Source: Escherichia phage KIT03
Direction: 5' to 3' (one strand)
Sequence record: AP018932
DNA length: 64,000 nt
Shown here piece by piece: positions 19,709 to 30,981 of this stretch (positions are counted from its first letter, which is position 1; each line of letters begins with the position of its first letter). The position numbers and the translations under genes were made by a program. The notes under the pieces were generated by a model. It was not told the DNA's origin and did not search any database. It saw only the letters and a list, made by a program, of their open reading frames with translations.

Positions 19709-21135
19709 TAAAATTTTAATTCATTCGCTAAAGCATCTAACTGAGCTCGAGCAGATTCGTTTCTTTGATAGCGATTCTGTTCAGCCTGAATCTGCTGTGA
19801 ACCTGCTACTTCACTCACTTCGGTTGGAGTAGAATCTTGCTCAATTTCTACCCATTTCTGATTTCCTTTTTGAACACCCATCAAAAACTTATTCCATTTG
19901 TTCTTATCACCATATCGTGATTTGATTTGCTTAATGAGTTGTTGTTCAGCAGCTGCTAGCTCCTCGGTTTCAATGACCGCAAGCATAAAATCGGCTGTTG
20001 CTGGAAGACCGGCAGATTCTGCAATATCGCTCATGTTAACATCAGAAGAGTCCCAAGCTTGCTTACCAACCTGTGCTGCAGTCCAAAGAACAGTTTCGGT
20101 TTCAACAGCAAGAGCACGCAATTCTTCTGCGATGGCTTTAACAGTTGTGTAACTATTTTCTGAATAAACTCTGATGCGGCAAGATTTACAAATACCTAGA
20201 TAGTCGACAATAATGATTGTTGGAACAAAATTCTTCTTGAGCTTTAATTCATTTAAAAGTGATCGAAATGTATTAGCGTCTGCTCCACCAGTAGGATATT
20301 GCTTAACGATTAAACGACCGAGAGTAGATTTCTCACGCCATTTTTCCATTTTTCCTTTATACTCGGCATAAGAAATATGTCCATCATCAATATCGTCAAG
20401 AGAAACATCGAGCATGTTAGCATCAATACGTTTAGCACAGACTTCTTCTGCCATTTCCATGGAGATATAAAGAACGTTATGACCAAGCTGCAAATAATCT
20501 GCTGCTAATGAACAAAGTCCTAATGATTTACCAACGTTAACGCCAGCCATTAAAACGTTCAGTGTTCCAGTCTCAGCTCCGCCTTTAGTAATTTTATTTA
20601 GAATTTTGAGTCTAAATGGAACCTTACGAGCTTTATTCATATAAGATAGCCAGCGTGCTTCGTAGTCATCCATCCAATCATGACCAACGTAGCTATCAAA
20701 TGAAATTGATAATGCTTGACGCATGATGTCAGGAATAGCACCAACATCCGGCATTTTCTTATTTCGTTTTTCCGGAGGAAGCTCAGCATTAGTTTGAATT
20801 TCAATTATTTTAGACGTAGCATTAAACATCGCCCTTTGCTGAACATATTTTTCTGTTTCTTTTACTAACCAGTTGTGGTCTTCTGGAGAATCAGCCAGTT
20901 TTGAAATAAGTGTTTTTACACCAGAATATTCTGTTTCAGTAAATGAACTATTTTCTAATGCAACATTTAACGCATTAATAGATGGAACGCTATGATACTC
21001 ATTAACATGAGATTTAATTAATTTGAATGTATTTTTAGCTGGACCACTTTCAAAATATTCTGAATCCATATATGGCCAAACTTTTGAAAAATAAGCTTGA
21101 TCAAATATGAGATGAGAAAGAATAATTTCTACCAC
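19708..21135 (-). CDS. 41: replicative DNA helicase gp41 (DnaB family)
   Basis: 475 aa equals recalled T4 gp41 length; Walker A GVNVGKS. Confidence 0.9.
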   Translation of the reverse strand: MVEIILSHLIFDQAYFSKVWPYMDSEYFESGPAKNTFKLIKSHVNEYHSVPSINALNVALENSSFTETEYSGVKTLISKLADSPEDHNWLVKETEKYVQQRAMFNATSKIIEIQTNAELPPEKRNKKMPDVGAIPDIMRQALSISFDSYVGHDWMDDYEARWLSYMNKARKVPFRLKILNKITKGGAETGTLNVLMAGVNVGKSLGLCSLAADYLQLGHNVLYISMEMAEEVCAKRIDANMLDVSLDDIDDGHISYAEYKGKMEKWREKSTLGRLIVKQYPTGGADANTFRSLLNELKLKKNFVPTIIIVDYLGICKSCRIRVYSENSYTTVKAIAEELRALAVETETVLWTAAQVGKQAWDSSDVNMSDIAESAGLPATADFMLAVIETEELAAAEQQLIKQIKSRYGDKNKWNKFLMGVQKGNQKWVEIEQDSTPTEVSEVAGSQQIQAEQNRYQRNESARAQLDALANELKF

Positions 21136-21144
21136 ACTTACTCC

Positions 21145-21507
21145 TTAAAAGAATTTAAATTTTTTCTTTGACCTTTTATTAAATGCATCTTGTAATTGCA
21201 TTGTAATACATTTTTCTACATGAGGAGCTAACTCAGCTTTTCTTTCTTGGTCAAGAACAGCAAAGTCCATTACGACTTTTCCATCAACCCAATTTAATTT
21301 TGTCACATACACAATGTGTGTAGAACCATCTTCTAGTTTAATGACAATCTCCTGGATAACATTTTCCATGGCAGATTTAATTATCTTAAGAGACTCATTA
21401 AAAAGACGTTCTTTTCTTTCTTCTTCCCCCTCCGAAGAGGGGGATTCATCGATAATTTCTAGATCTAAATCTAAATCATCTTTATTCATTAAATTCTTCC
21501 ATATCAC
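21145..21507 (-). CDS. 40: gp40-like protein
   Basis: about 115-120 aa ORF between 41 and uvsX; start may be an internal Met. Confidence 0.55.
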   Translation of the reverse strand: MIWKNLMNKDDLDLDLEIIDESPSSEGEEERKERLFNESLKIIKSAMENVIQEIVIKLEDGSTHIVYVTKLNWVDGKVVMDFAVLDQERKAELAPHVEKCITMQLQDAFNKRSKKKFKFF

Positions 21508-22663
21508 TTAACTGCTCAAGGTCAGTTTCTAAATCAGCAGCTGATTTACTTTTACTTTCTGGAGATTTAAATTTTTCAACCTTTGAGTTAATCAATTCAT
21601 CAACTTCAGCTTCAACAATTTCATTACTATCAATAGCACCTAACTGATAAGCACGTTTAATAGCATCTCGGAATGGTTGATGCTTAAATAAAGGACCCCA
21701 GAATGTAGTGCAGTTGGTATCTTTTGCACGCCAAGATTTTTCTTCGCGAATCATCTCGCCGGTTTCTTCATCAAGAAATTCACGAGCATACCAACCATTT
21801 TTAGGTTTTACCACGAATCCTAATTCTAGAGCCATATCTAACAATCCAGAATAAGGATCGATACCGCCGTCAAATTTAACATCAATAAAGAATTTACTTT
21901 TTTCTTTAACGGTACGAGATTTTTCTACATTTAGAACAAATTGATACCCTTGAAGATCAGAACCATCTTTAATCTGACGTTTACCGATAATGAATACGGT
22001 ATCAGCCGAATACATTACGCCTGTACCACCTGTCATCACGGTTTTACTAAACATTTCAATTGTTTCAATTGTATGGTTAACCGCAACACATGGAATGTTT
22101 TTAATACTAAAATAAGGAGTAACAATACGGAATAATGACTTCAGTGATTTAGCACGAGTCATATCTGCCACAGATTTTTCATTCAAGGCATCTTCCGTTT
22201 CTTTCTTAGAAGCCATATTACCAATTGAGTCGATGAATACAATAACTTTTTCACCACGCTCAATAGCTTCAAGCTGATTCACCATATCAATTTTCAGCTG
22301 TTCAACTGACTGAATTGGTGTATGAATTACTCGTTCCGGGTCAACTCCCATGGATCGCAAATAAGCTGGAGTAATACCAAATTCGCTATCATAGAATAGA
22401 CATACCGCGTCAGGATATTTGTTCAAATACGCCGCAACCATAGTCAAAGACATATTTGATTTAAAGTGTTTAGAAGGACCTGCAAAAATGGTTAAACCAG
22501 ACTGCATACCACCATCAATCGCACCAGAAATAGCGATATTAAGCATTGGGATTTTTGTACGAATTACATCCTTTTCATTAAAGAATTTAGATGTAGTCAG
22601 TTCAGCAGTCATTTTAGAAGTGGAAGCTTTAATCAAACGGGATTTTAAATCTGCAATAGACAT
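21482..22663 (-). CDS. uvsX: UvsX recombinase (RecA-like)
   Basis: 393 aa; RecA fold motifs. Confidence 0.9.
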   Translation of the reverse strand: MSIADLKSRLIKASTSKMTAELTTSKFFNEKDVIRTKIPMLNIAISGAIDGGMQSGLTIFAGPSKHFKSNMSLTMVAAYLNKYPDAVCLFYDSEFGITPAYLRSMGVDPERVIHTPIQSVEQLKIDMVNQLEAIERGEKVIVFIDSIGNMASKKETEDALNEKSVADMTRAKSLKSLFRIVTPYFSIKNIPCVAVNHTIETIEMFSKTVMTGGTGVMYSADTVFIIGKRQIKDGSDLQGYQFVLNVEKSRTVKEKSKFFIDVKFDGGIDPYSGLLDMALELGFVVKPKNGWYAREFLDEETGEMIREEKSWRAKDTNCTTFWGPLFKHQPFRDAIKRAYQLGAIDSNEIVEAEVDELINSKVEKFKSPESKSKSAADLETDLEQLSDMEEFNE

Positions 22664-22740
22664 TCATTTTTTCCATAGGCATCATTATATTTTCCTCACT
22701 GGTTAAAGATAGAGTAATTATAACACAATAAATTTAGGCA

Positions 22741-23589
22741 TTAATCAACTGCTATTGGATGAATAGCATTAAACTTATGAAACGCTTCTGATTTTTCTTT
22801 GCGCGAAACACACATGCGAAGAACCTTTAATGGCTCGTCTTCTTCACCCAACGATTTTCTCTTTTCAATATTCGATGTTTTCCAACGAGCTTGCTCTGGA
22901 AACTCTCTATTGATTTGCTCAAGAGCTCTATTATGTTTTGAATTACTACGAATTGAACTGCACCCGCCCGGAGCCTGTGCTTTTCCAGATACAACCAGAT
23001 ATTTGAACAAGGCCAAATGCGGATAACCTTGATTAATTAAATTGAGAAATGCATACATATCTTCGCATAAATCAATTTTTCCATACCCAATTTGTTCTGT
23101 TGTAAGTTTCCCGAGGTCATACCAAGTATTCGTGAATCCATATGAATTTTCACGATAATTACCCCAAGATGAAGTAATTTTAAAAATAGGTAGACGAGCA
23201 TGACCGTGATAATACCCGCAATCCATGGCATCTTCCACGTATTGAATCAATTCATAGAACTGTTCACGAGTTAATTGATTAATTTTATCTACACAGCGAC
23301 GATCATCTTTCTTTCGCATTGAACTCATACGAATAGTAGTATCATCATCAATCATCCAGATTCGTTGACCTGCATACATATCAGTAATTGCTTTACGAGT
23401 ACCAGCAATTCCATTAACATCATCAGGAATAGTTATAATTTTGGCTTTAGACCCGTAAGCGTCATAATAAGCTTTTTCTTCGTGTTCACGTACTACAATA
23501 TGAGGTTCATAATCAGTCGGAAACATATCAAGGGCAGAAACTGCCCCTACGCGTTGATAGCTTGGAATTACGAATTGAATCATTTCCAC
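22741..23589 (-). CDS. DNA glucosyltransferase, 282 aa, at the T4 beta-gt position; possibly T2/T6-type
   Basis: ORF between uvsX and 42; shorter than recalled T4 beta-gt (351 aa). Confidence 0.5.
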   Translation of the reverse strand: MEMIQFVIPSYQRVGAVSALDMFPTDYEPHIVVREHEEKAYYDAYGSKAKIITIPDDVNGIAGTRKAITDMYAGQRIWMIDDDTTIRMSSMRKKDDRRCVDKINQLTREQFYELIQYVEDAMDCGYYHGHARLPIFKITSSWGNYRENSYGFTNTWYDLGKLTTEQIGYGKIDLCEDMYAFLNLINQGYPHLALFKYLVVSGKAQAPGGCSSIRSNSKHNRALEQINREFPEQARWKTSNIEKRKSLGEEDEPLKVLRMCVSRKEKSEAFHKFNAIHPIAVD

Positions 23590-24320
23590 TCACCATTATA
23601 ATCTTTTTTCACAATATGAGTTTCGCCAGTATTCCACCAATGATCAACCAAGTAAAAATGACGAGAATATACATGAAGACTTCCAACATTCCATATAATA
23701 GAACCTGCTTTATACTGACGAGTTGAATCACCTGCATTCAAATCAGATACTAATTTATCTAGTACGTATTTTTGCCATGCATAATCATTACGGAATCCGA
23801 AGACCACGTCATTTGAACGCATGCTTACTACTGCATTGACTTTCTTATCACGAATCAGGTATTGTACTGTATTCGTACACATGAAATCTGACATACCATC
23901 TTTATTGTAGTCAAATTGCATGGATGGACGAGTATAAATCATGATACCGCGTCGAGAATCAGGATTTTGACCAAGTTCAGCTAAACACATATCATATTGG
24001 GCATAGTTATCTTCTGACCAGATGGCCCAACCATAATTCGAATTAATTTCGCCTTTAGAAGATGCTACCTGTTGCCAAATCTTCGGTGTTTCACCTGGAA
24101 TATCTTTAACAAACAAACTTTTAGATTTATACCATTCAAGTTCACGCTGAATGTATTCATCATTAAGAGCGCCAAAAATAAATGGTTCATCTGCTACAAA
24201 TGATGCGCCAATAATTTCAATAGTTTTAACGCCAGTTTTATCAACTACGAAATCTTTTTCCTTTAATGCAAGCCCCAAATGAAGACGGATTTCTTCAACT
24301 GTCATAGAGTCACTAATCAT
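23580..24320 (-). CDS. 42: dCMP hydroxymethylase gp42
   Basis: 246 aa equals recalled T4 gp42 length; thymidylate-synthase-like. Confidence 0.88.
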   Translation of the reverse strand: MISDSMTVEEIRLHLGLALKEKDFVVDKTGVKTIEIIGASFVADEPFIFGALNDEYIQRELEWYKSKSLFVKDIPGETPKIWQQVASSKGEINSNYGWAIWSEDNYAQYDMCLAELGQNPDSRRGIMIYTRPSMQFDYNKDGMSDFMCTNTVQYLIRDKKVNAVVSMRSNDVVFGFRNDYAWQKYVLDKLVSDLNAGDSTRQYKAGSIIWNVGSLHVYSRHFYLVDHWWNTGETHIVKKDYNGEWK

Positions 24321-24473
24321 TTAAACCTCAATTGATACATTCATATTTAACTTGTAACAGTAATAAACCCCAACCTATAATAAGTGTCGGAATCATACAA
24401 GGAACCGTTACGCTATAGTATATACTTATTATAATCATCAAGATTAAAAGCAATACTGCTAAAATTTTGCTTT

Positions 24474-24725
24474 TCATTCCTTCTCTCTGATGATAATTAC
24501 TTGATTCGGTTGTGCAGATTTTTTAGTTTCACCCGCAATTGACCAAATAAATGTAATAAACCAACCAATAATTGACCAATTAAACAGTAAAGATGTGAAA
24601 AAGATTCCTACTGTCGATTTTGACCCACGCATCAAGGCGATGAACCACGGAAGCATGTATATAATGATAGCCAACACGCCTGAAACTAAAACCATAAAAA
24701 TTGAACCTGCTACTAAAGTTTCCAT
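24474..24725 (-). CDS. imm: Imm superinfection immunity membrane protein
   Basis: 83 aa with two hydrophobic segments. Confidence 0.75.
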   Translation of the reverse strand: METLVAGSIFMVLVSGVLAIIIYMLPWFIALMRGSKSTVGIFFTSLLFNWSIIGWFITFIWSIAGETKKSAQPNQVIIIREKE

Positions 24726-24732
24726 CTTTTCC

Positions 24733-25113
24733 TCACTTAGTCAAATTTTTTACGCATGAATTATAAGAATTCACTACATACTCCATCGGAGCATTTTTAC
24801 CAGTACGCCATTGGTAATTATTAGCCCAATTAGCCCAAAGTTCGGCGCAGTAGTTTTCAATTTTTTCTTCGCGTGTAATTACATCCGAATTACGATATGC
24901 TTGAGCAGATTCATCTGGACGAATAGCTTCGTCAAAATTCGCCTGCATTTGTTCTACTGTCTGTTTTGGAGCTTCTTTATAACACTTGACATTAGGATTA
25001 TAAAACTTGCTTGAACAGTTTACAATTTTTCCTACATCAGACTGATTTACTACCGGTCCTTGAGCCACACAACCAGTAAGACCTAATGCAATAACCAAAA
25101 TAGCGATTTTCAT
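24733..25113 (-). CDS. predicted lipoprotein, 126 aa
   Basis: signal peptide with LTGC lipobox. Confidence 0.55.
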   Translation of the reverse strand: MKIAILVIALGLTGCVAQGPVVNQSDVGKIVNCSSKFYNPNVKCYKEAPKQTVEQMQANFDEAIRPDESAQAYRNSDVITREEKIENYCAELWANWANNYQWRTGKNAPMEYVVNSYNSCVKNLTK

Positions 25114-25123
25114 AATAATTTCC

Positions 25124-25360
25124 TCAAATGCAAGTAGTAATTACTCCAGTAGTGCTTATGCAGGTATTACCCATTTGCACACCTAAAGATCCATTTGTAT
25201 TCACATGAAGATTATCATCAATTTTAACTGATATTTTACCATTAGTGTGAATAACGGTGCTAGATTTAATCACAGGTTGAGTATCATTTTCAACACTAAT
25301 AAATGGAACTGCTACTAATGCAACTAAACAAACTGCTAAACATCCCATAACAATTTTCAT
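25124..25360 (-). CDS. secreted/membrane protein, about 78 aa
   Basis: ATG at 25358-25360 after GGAGAATAAA leader; N-terminal signal-like segment. Confidence 0.5.
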   Translation of the reverse strand: MKIVMGCLAVCLVALVAVPFISVENDTQPVIKSSTVIHTNGKISVKIDDNLHVNTNGSLGVQMGNTCISTTGVITTCI

Positions 25361-25397
25361 TTTATTCTCCAAATCTGTATCAGTAGTTGATAGTTGT

Positions 25398-25427
25398 ATA
25401 GTACCATAGAAGAACAGGGATGTAAAC
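25398..25427 (-). promoter_or_regulatory. T4 early-type promoter in a promoter-stem-loop cassette
   Basis: GTTTAC-n18-TACTAT with TG extension. Confidence 0.6.
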
Positions 25428-25512
25428 AGTTTTGTGAAATTTTTTAGGGAATTCTAAAGGTCCAGAATCATCTGTTTTTCATAAGTATAGATTTATATTA
25501 CTTGTATGAAAA

Positions 25513-25530
25513 AGGGACCCGGAGGTCCCT
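25513..25530 (-). terminator. hairpin with UCCG loop 13 nt after gene 43 stop
   Basis: plus agggacc-cgga-ggtccct. Confidence 0.55.
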
Positions 25531-25542
25531 AGATTTATTCTA

Positions 25543-28239
25543 TCAGCCAAACAGGAAGTCTAACGAAGCTTTTTCTTCATAGTCCATACCAGCCGATTCA
25601 CACATGCCTGCAAGCGGTTTAACAAACGATTTTTGGAACAAAGTTGAGTAGTCAATCCAAGACAGTACGTCAGAACGAATTTCTTTTGGAAGTTCTGTAC
25701 CCGACGGCCAAGCAATGCATTTGTCACCAAATGGATTTCCTTCACGCAATGGAAGAACCATTACTTTATTTCCATCCAAAATTGGAGCTACACCTAAACC
25801 GCTAACAGCTCGACGATAAGTTAGCACACCACGAATATGGAACGGGCATTTAAATCCTGGCCAACCTTTATCATCATATTTCGCTATATCGTTCGCAGTT
25901 TTTACTTCAGCAATAACTTTATAGTCAAGTTGACGATATTCTTTCTCGAAGTTCTTATAATATTCTTGAACAGACTCTTCGCCTTCTTGAAGAATACGAC
26001 GGATACTTTCTTCAAGAGCTTCTTGGACCGCTTTAGGCGTTGAACTCTGCTGAGTTTCCATACCCATGATTTTTAGATGCGGTTCAGCAAATCGCTTATC
26101 TTCCATATCATAAACGTTCAGAGCATAACGCTTTTTCGCTTTCCAAAATCCACCAACGCCCTTTGAACCAAGTGGAGGGCAAGAAATAGCTTCACGGTCC
26201 ATATGCATCAGATGCTCGCGGTTATTCATATAATCACATAACTCACGATATGCAACATCAATCATAGGTTCCATCTTTTTCTTACCGAACTGATTCATGA
26301 ATTCAACTAAATCGTTCTGCTCTTTGAATCGGTCAAGACCAACTTTTTCAATAACTTTATCTACACAAACATATACCGAATCAGTATCACCTGCTGCGAT
26401 GAAATCTTCGCCATTAGTTCCACATACTTTATTCAGATACTCATTAATTTTACGAGCAATCCACTGAATACCGACTTGACCAAAAATTGTAATAGCAGTA
26501 GCATTTCGCAAATCATAGTAGCGGAAATGAATATTACCAAGAGCACCGTAAAGGCTGTTAATAAGAATTTTACGGTTCAGCTGATTTGTATTAGCAAGTG
26601 TAGCCGCTTTTTCACATTCTTCAATCAAACTATTGAGAACAGATTCAGTATAATTCGATAGTTCATTTAAGAAATCATCACTGAACTTAACATATCGTTC
26701 AACTTCCGGTTTAGTTGAACAAGACCCTGCGCCTTTCATAATAATCTTTTTAATAGCTTCGGCATTCATTTCTTCAGCGAACATTTTCTTTTTCCAATCT
26801 TTACGCTGGAAAAATACTTTAGCGATTTCCTTTGGAATGATACCTTCTTGATGCTTATCATACATCCATCCATTCGGAGAACAAGAATATTCATCACTCG
26901 GTTTAGGAGCTGTTCCTGCGATATATTCATGAATTGGATGAACTTTAAACTGACCACGAATAGTCTCAGGACTAATGTTAACCTGACGAATAATGCTAGG
27001 ATACAGAGACGTCAAGTCAAAACTCATAATATATCGACGAGCAATTGGTTTAGGTTCAAATACAAATGCACCCGGAAAACTTTGTTTAACGTGCGAACCT
27101 TGTTGAGGAATAACCTTATGTTCACCTTTCAATGAGTTAAAAATAATAGCATCCCAAGTTTTAATAGGACTCATTACACCAGAAAAAGGCATTTTAGCAT
27201 AATAAGACATACTTAAAACTAGATCGATAAACCCGCGAATTTTATCAATTGCTTGAACTGATTCTACGTCAATGATGTTATAACTAATGTATCGTTGATG
27301 ATTAGTCTCACGAAGTTTATTAATAGGACCGTCGTATGGTAATTTACCTTTTTTGGTTTCATGCTGAGCAACTGATTCCAAAGAGAATGACGGCAAATTA
27401 GTAAATGCGAATTTCTTATACAAATCTAAATAATCAAGAATAGATACGCCATCAATAGAATAAATTTCTTTGCTACCGTACATATTTTGAATTAGTTTAG
27501 ATTTTACTCGACCGATTGGAGAGAAACGTTTCATACTGCGTTCACCGAGAACCATTTTAACACGATTCATGATATACGGAACGTCAAATCCCTCAATATT
27601 CCAACCAGTAAAAATAGCAGGTCGTTTCTGTTCCCAGAGATTGATATATTCCATGAGCATATCACGCTCATTATCGAATGGCATATAAATTACTCGGTCA
27701 AGAATTTCTTGAGGAACTTCATCACCACCTTCACAGTCAAGCTTAGCAGCTAACTTTGCATCCCATTTTGATACTGAACCATACATTGAATTCAAAAGGT
27801 CGAAAACATAAAAACGATCATCAATTGAATCGTAATGAGTGATAGCATCAATTTCATATTCAGCTTTCATTGGGTCAGGAAATTTATCACCAGTAACCTC
27901 AATGTCACAGTTAGCTACACGAACAAATTTTCGGTCATAAACAATTTCTGAACCGTATGTATCACTGATATAAGCGAGTTTAAAATCGTTCATACCGAGA
28001 GCTTCGAGACCGATGTCTTCCATTCGCTTCATCCAATCTCGAGCATCTTTCATTGATGGAAATTTTTGAGGAGCGCAATTTTTACCATAGATGTCTTTGT
28101 ACTTTGACTCTTCCTTACAATGTCTAAACATAGTTGGAAGATATTCTACTTCACGAGTACGTTCCTTTCCGTTTTCATCAATATAACGTTCAACAATGTT
28201 ATTTCCGACTGTTTCAATAGAGATATAAAATTCTTTCAT
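25543..28239 (-). CDS. 43: DNA polymerase gp43 (family B)
   Basis: 898 aa equals recalled T4 gp43 length; exonuclease and polymerase motifs. Confidence 0.95.
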   Translation of the reverse strand: MKEFYISIETVGNNIVERYIDENGKERTREVEYLPTMFRHCKEESKYKDIYGKNCAPQKFPSMKDARDWMKRMEDIGLEALGMNDFKLAYISDTYGSEIVYDRKFVRVANCDIEVTGDKFPDPMKAEYEIDAITHYDSIDDRFYVFDLLNSMYGSVSKWDAKLAAKLDCEGGDEVPQEILDRVIYMPFDNERDMLMEYINLWEQKRPAIFTGWNIEGFDVPYIMNRVKMVLGERSMKRFSPIGRVKSKLIQNMYGSKEIYSIDGVSILDYLDLYKKFAFTNLPSFSLESVAQHETKKGKLPYDGPINKLRETNHQRYISYNIIDVESVQAIDKIRGFIDLVLSMSYYAKMPFSGVMSPIKTWDAIIFNSLKGEHKVIPQQGSHVKQSFPGAFVFEPKPIARRYIMSFDLTSLYPSIIRQVNISPETIRGQFKVHPIHEYIAGTAPKPSDEYSCSPNGWMYDKHQEGIIPKEIAKVFFQRKDWKKKMFAEEMNAEAIKKIIMKGAGSCSTKPEVERYVKFSDDFLNELSNYTESVLNSLIEECEKAATLANTNQLNRKILINSLYGALGNIHFRYYDLRNATAITIFGQVGIQWIARKINEYLNKVCGTNGEDFIAAGDTDSVYVCVDKVIEKVGLDRFKEQNDLVEFMNQFGKKKMEPMIDVAYRELCDYMNNREHLMHMDREAISCPPLGSKGVGGFWKAKKRYALNVYDMEDKRFAEPHLKIMGMETQQSSTPKAVQEALEESIRRILQEGEESVQEYYKNFEKEYRQLDYKVIAEVKTANDIAKYDDKGWPGFKCPFHIRGVLTYRRAVSGLGVAPILDGNKVMVLPLREGNPFGDKCIAWPSGTELPKEIRSDVLSWIDYSTLFQKSFVKPLAGMCESAGMDYEEKASLDFLFG

Positions 28240-28297
28240 AGATATTCCTTAGTTTATAGCCCGAGTTATTAGGCTCTTGATATATTATACTCCAAAT

Positions 28298-28315
28298 AAG
28301 GGGCCGAAGCCCCTT
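28298..28315 (-). terminator. hairpin with UUCG loop between regA and gene 43
   Basis: plus aaggggc-cgaa-gcccctt. Confidence 0.55.
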
Positions 28316-28317
28316 GC

Positions 28318-28686
28318 TTAATTACCAATCGTGTATTTAGGAACGAGTTTCCATTCATGTTTTTGTTTAAAAGAAATAACTCGGAAGTTATTAGTTAAAT
28401 CTTTCATAAAAGTTCTTTGACCAGGAACGATTTCAATCAGTCCCCAATCTTCTAACAGCCATGCAATCGAATCACGACGAACTTCATCTTCTTCTGTCAT
28501 TTCAACTTGGCGACCATCCATACGAAGCATTTCTTTAAAATGAACGATATAGTATAGTCCTTTTTTCTGAAGAATATGACAGGACTGATACAGAACTTTA
28601 TCTTTATTATTAGCAATTCCCATACGAGTCAAAGTTTCTTTTACTTTCAGAAAATCTTCAGGTTTTTTAAGAGTAATTTCAATCAT
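28318..28686 (-). CDS. regA: RegA translational repressor
   Basis: 122 aa equals recalled T4 RegA length; position between 62 and 43. Confidence 0.8.
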   Translation of the reverse strand: MIEITLKKPEDFLKVKETLTRMGIANNKDKVLYQSCHILQKKGLYYIVHFKEMLRMDGRQVEMTEEDEVRRDSIAWLLEDWGLIEIVPGQRTFMKDLTNNFRVISFKQKHEWKLVPKYTIGN

Positions 28687-28687
28687 T

Positions 28688-29251
28688 TTACCATTCCAAT
28701 GCTAGTTTTTTGAGTTGTTTCTGTTCTTTTACGTTCTTAGTCACTTCTTTCAAAAAATCATCCGTGACTAAACCTTTAAGTTCTTTTAATACTAAAGGAA
28801 GTTTTCCATTTTTAGTAAGAATTGATTTATAGTTAATTGCATCATTTGTATTAACTTGATACCGCTTAGCAAGTAACTTAATAATCAATACTTCGGTGGA
28901 ATCTTCAACTAGTTTTGCCCATTTACCATATCTTTTACCACGAGGAACTGCAGCCATTAGATAATTAAAATGAGCTTCATCACTTAAACCTGATCCAATT
29001 AAATTCATAGCATATACAGCTGGCATGCACTCTGGAAATTGTGATAATGCATTTTCAACCATGAATTTTGAATAATCTTTTTGAGCAATAGAGCATTTAG
29101 TTTTATTATTGATAGCTCCAATTATTTCAAAAAATTCATTTTCAGCTTTTTCTTTAAAAGAATCAGCAGCGGATTGGACAGCTGTCCAATCTTTTGAATA
29201 CCAAGCAACTTGATGCTCGTTTAATTGAATATCATCTTCAAATAAGCTCAT
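28688..29251 (-). CDS. 62: clamp loader subunit gp62
   Basis: 187 aa. Confidence 0.85.
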   Translation of the reverse strand: MSLFEDDIQLNEHQVAWYSKDWTAVQSAADSFKEKAENEFFEIIGAINNKTKCSIAQKDYSKFMVENALSQFPECMPAVYAMNLIGSGLSDEAHFNYLMAAVPRGKRYGKWAKLVEDSTEVLIIKLLAKRYQVNTNDAINYKSILTKNGKLPLVLKELKGLVTDDFLKEVTKNVKEQKQLKKLALEW

Positions 29252-29252
29252 A

Positions 29253-30227
29253 TCACTTCCACTGCATTTCGCATGCTAATTGAATGAAAAGATAAGCTAA
29301 ATGCAATTCAGTATTAGCTGCAATACCATGATACTGATTATTTTCGCCGACAATTTCGTACATACGAATAATACTCTGTGGAGTTACACGTGAATAGATT
29401 TCTTCGGCAAGTTTACCAACAAACCAAGAATAATCTGCTGCATATTTTGGTGCTAAAGCTCTGAGTTGTTTAACATCTTTATTTTTGAGAGACTCAAGAA
29501 CATCATCAATAGCACCACGATCGTTAGTAACCAGTGATAAAATACCAGCATCCAAAACACCTTTAGATGAATAACTATCGAGCTCGCCAATAGTTTTACG
29601 AAAATCAGGAAAATTCTTTTTAACCAAAGCTGCTACAACTTTCATATCAGCTATAGCAATTCCTTCATGCTTACAGATTTCAGTCAACCGACGAATCATC
29701 TGCTTCATCATTTCAATTTTATCTTCATCGGTCGGTTGACCGAATGTAATAACTCGGCAGCGTGACTGAAGCGGTTTAATAATACCATCAATATTGTTAG
29801 CAGTAATAATAATACTACAGTTTGAACTATAAGCTTCCATAAAGGAACGAAGATGTCGCTGAGACTCTGCTAGCCCTGAACGGTCAAATTCATCAATAAC
29901 GATTACTTTTTGACGACCATCAAATGAAGCTGCACTCGCAAAATTAGTTAAAGGACCACGAACGAAATCAATTTTACAGTCTGATCCATTTACAAACATC
30001 ATATCAGCATTTACATCATGACACAATGCTTTTGCTACAGTTGTTTTACCTGTTCCTGGAGAAGGAGAATGAAGAATAATATGTGGAATTTTACCTTTAC
30101 TTGTAATAGATTTAAAGGTTTCTTTATCAAAGGCGGGAAGAATACATTCATCGATAGTAGATGGACGATATTTCTGTTCAAGAATGTGTTCTTTTTCATT
30201 TACGGTAATCATAATTTCCTCATTCAA
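29253..30227 (-). CDS. 44: clamp loader ATPase gp44
   Basis: 324 aa; Walker A SPGTGKTT. Confidence 0.9.
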   Translation of the reverse strand: MNEEIMITVNEKEHILEQKYRPSTIDECILPAFDKETFKSITSKGKIPHIILHSPSPGTGKTTVAKALCHDVNADMMFVNGSDCKIDFVRGPLTNFASAASFDGRQKVIVIDEFDRSGLAESQRHLRSFMEAYSSNCSIIITANNIDGIIKPLQSRCRVITFGQPTDEDKIEMMKQMIRRLTEICKHEGIAIADMKVVAALVKKNFPDFRKTIGELDSYSSKGVLDAGILSLVTNDRGAIDDVLESLKNKDVKQLRALAPKYAADYSWFVGKLAEEIYSRVTPQSIIRMYEIVGENNQYHGIAANTELHLAYLFIQLACEMQWK

Positions 30228-30246
30228 GTTTTAGTGTAAATTATAA

Positions 30247-30260
30247 AGGGCCGAAGCCCT
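30247..30260 (-). terminator. short hairpin with UUCG loop between genes 45 and 44
   Basis: plus agggc-cgaa-gccct. Confidence 0.45.
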
Positions 30261-30263
30261 CTA

Positions 30264-30950
30264 TTAAAAATCGTGGGTAGAATCAGCTTCAAGAGCTACT
30301 ACATAATTCGCATGTTCACCTTCAAATTTAGCAGCGCCTTGTTTACCTTTTGCCCAGAGCAGAAGTTTATAATTTCCTGGTTGCATTTTCATATTTGCCA
30401 TATTGATAATGAAATTAAATGTATTTTCACCATCATAATCACCAAGAGTCAAAGAATATTTAACACGGGTCAGAGCAGAATCTTCTACTTTATTAAAACC
30501 GTTAATTACGATTTTACCTTCTTTTACCGTGATAGCAATTGTATCAATTTGCAGACCACGAGATACACGCAACAGTTGTTGAAGGTCTTCAGCTTTAATT
30601 TCAGTAACAACAGATGCTACCGGGAATGGAATTGGTTTATTAGGAGCAACTACTGTACTCGGATCGGCTGCTGGCCAAAAAATTGTTGAACGAGCATCAG
30701 CAATTTTAATATTTCCATCTTCTGACTGGGAAATTTCTGCATCATCATTAACTAGAGACAGAATACCGAGAAAACCGTTCAAATCGTAAATTGCTACATC
30801 AAAATCAATAACGTCAGAAATATTTGCTTCCGCATAAGTTGTACCATTAACTGCGCGAGTCATAATAAATTGACCGGATTTAAGCATAATACCGGAGTTA
30901 ATAGTAGCGAAATTTTTAAGCAGAGCAGTAGTATCTTTAGACAGTTTCAT
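30264..30950 (-). CDS. 45: sliding clamp gp45
   Basis: 228 aa equals recalled T4 gp45 length. Confidence 0.9.
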   Translation of the reverse strand: MKLSKDTTALLKNFATINSGIMLKSGQFIMTRAVNGTTYAEANISDVIDFDVAIYDLNGFLGILSLVNDDAEISQSEDGNIKIADARSTIFWPAADPSTVVAPNKPIPFPVASVVTEIKAEDLQQLLRVSRGLQIDTIAITVKEGKIVINGFNKVEDSALTRVKYSLTLGDYDGENTFNFIINMANMKMQPGNYKLLLWAKGKQGAAKFEGEHANYVVALEADSTHDF

Positions 30951-30981
30951 GTAATTTCCTTCAATTCAAATGAGATTTAAT

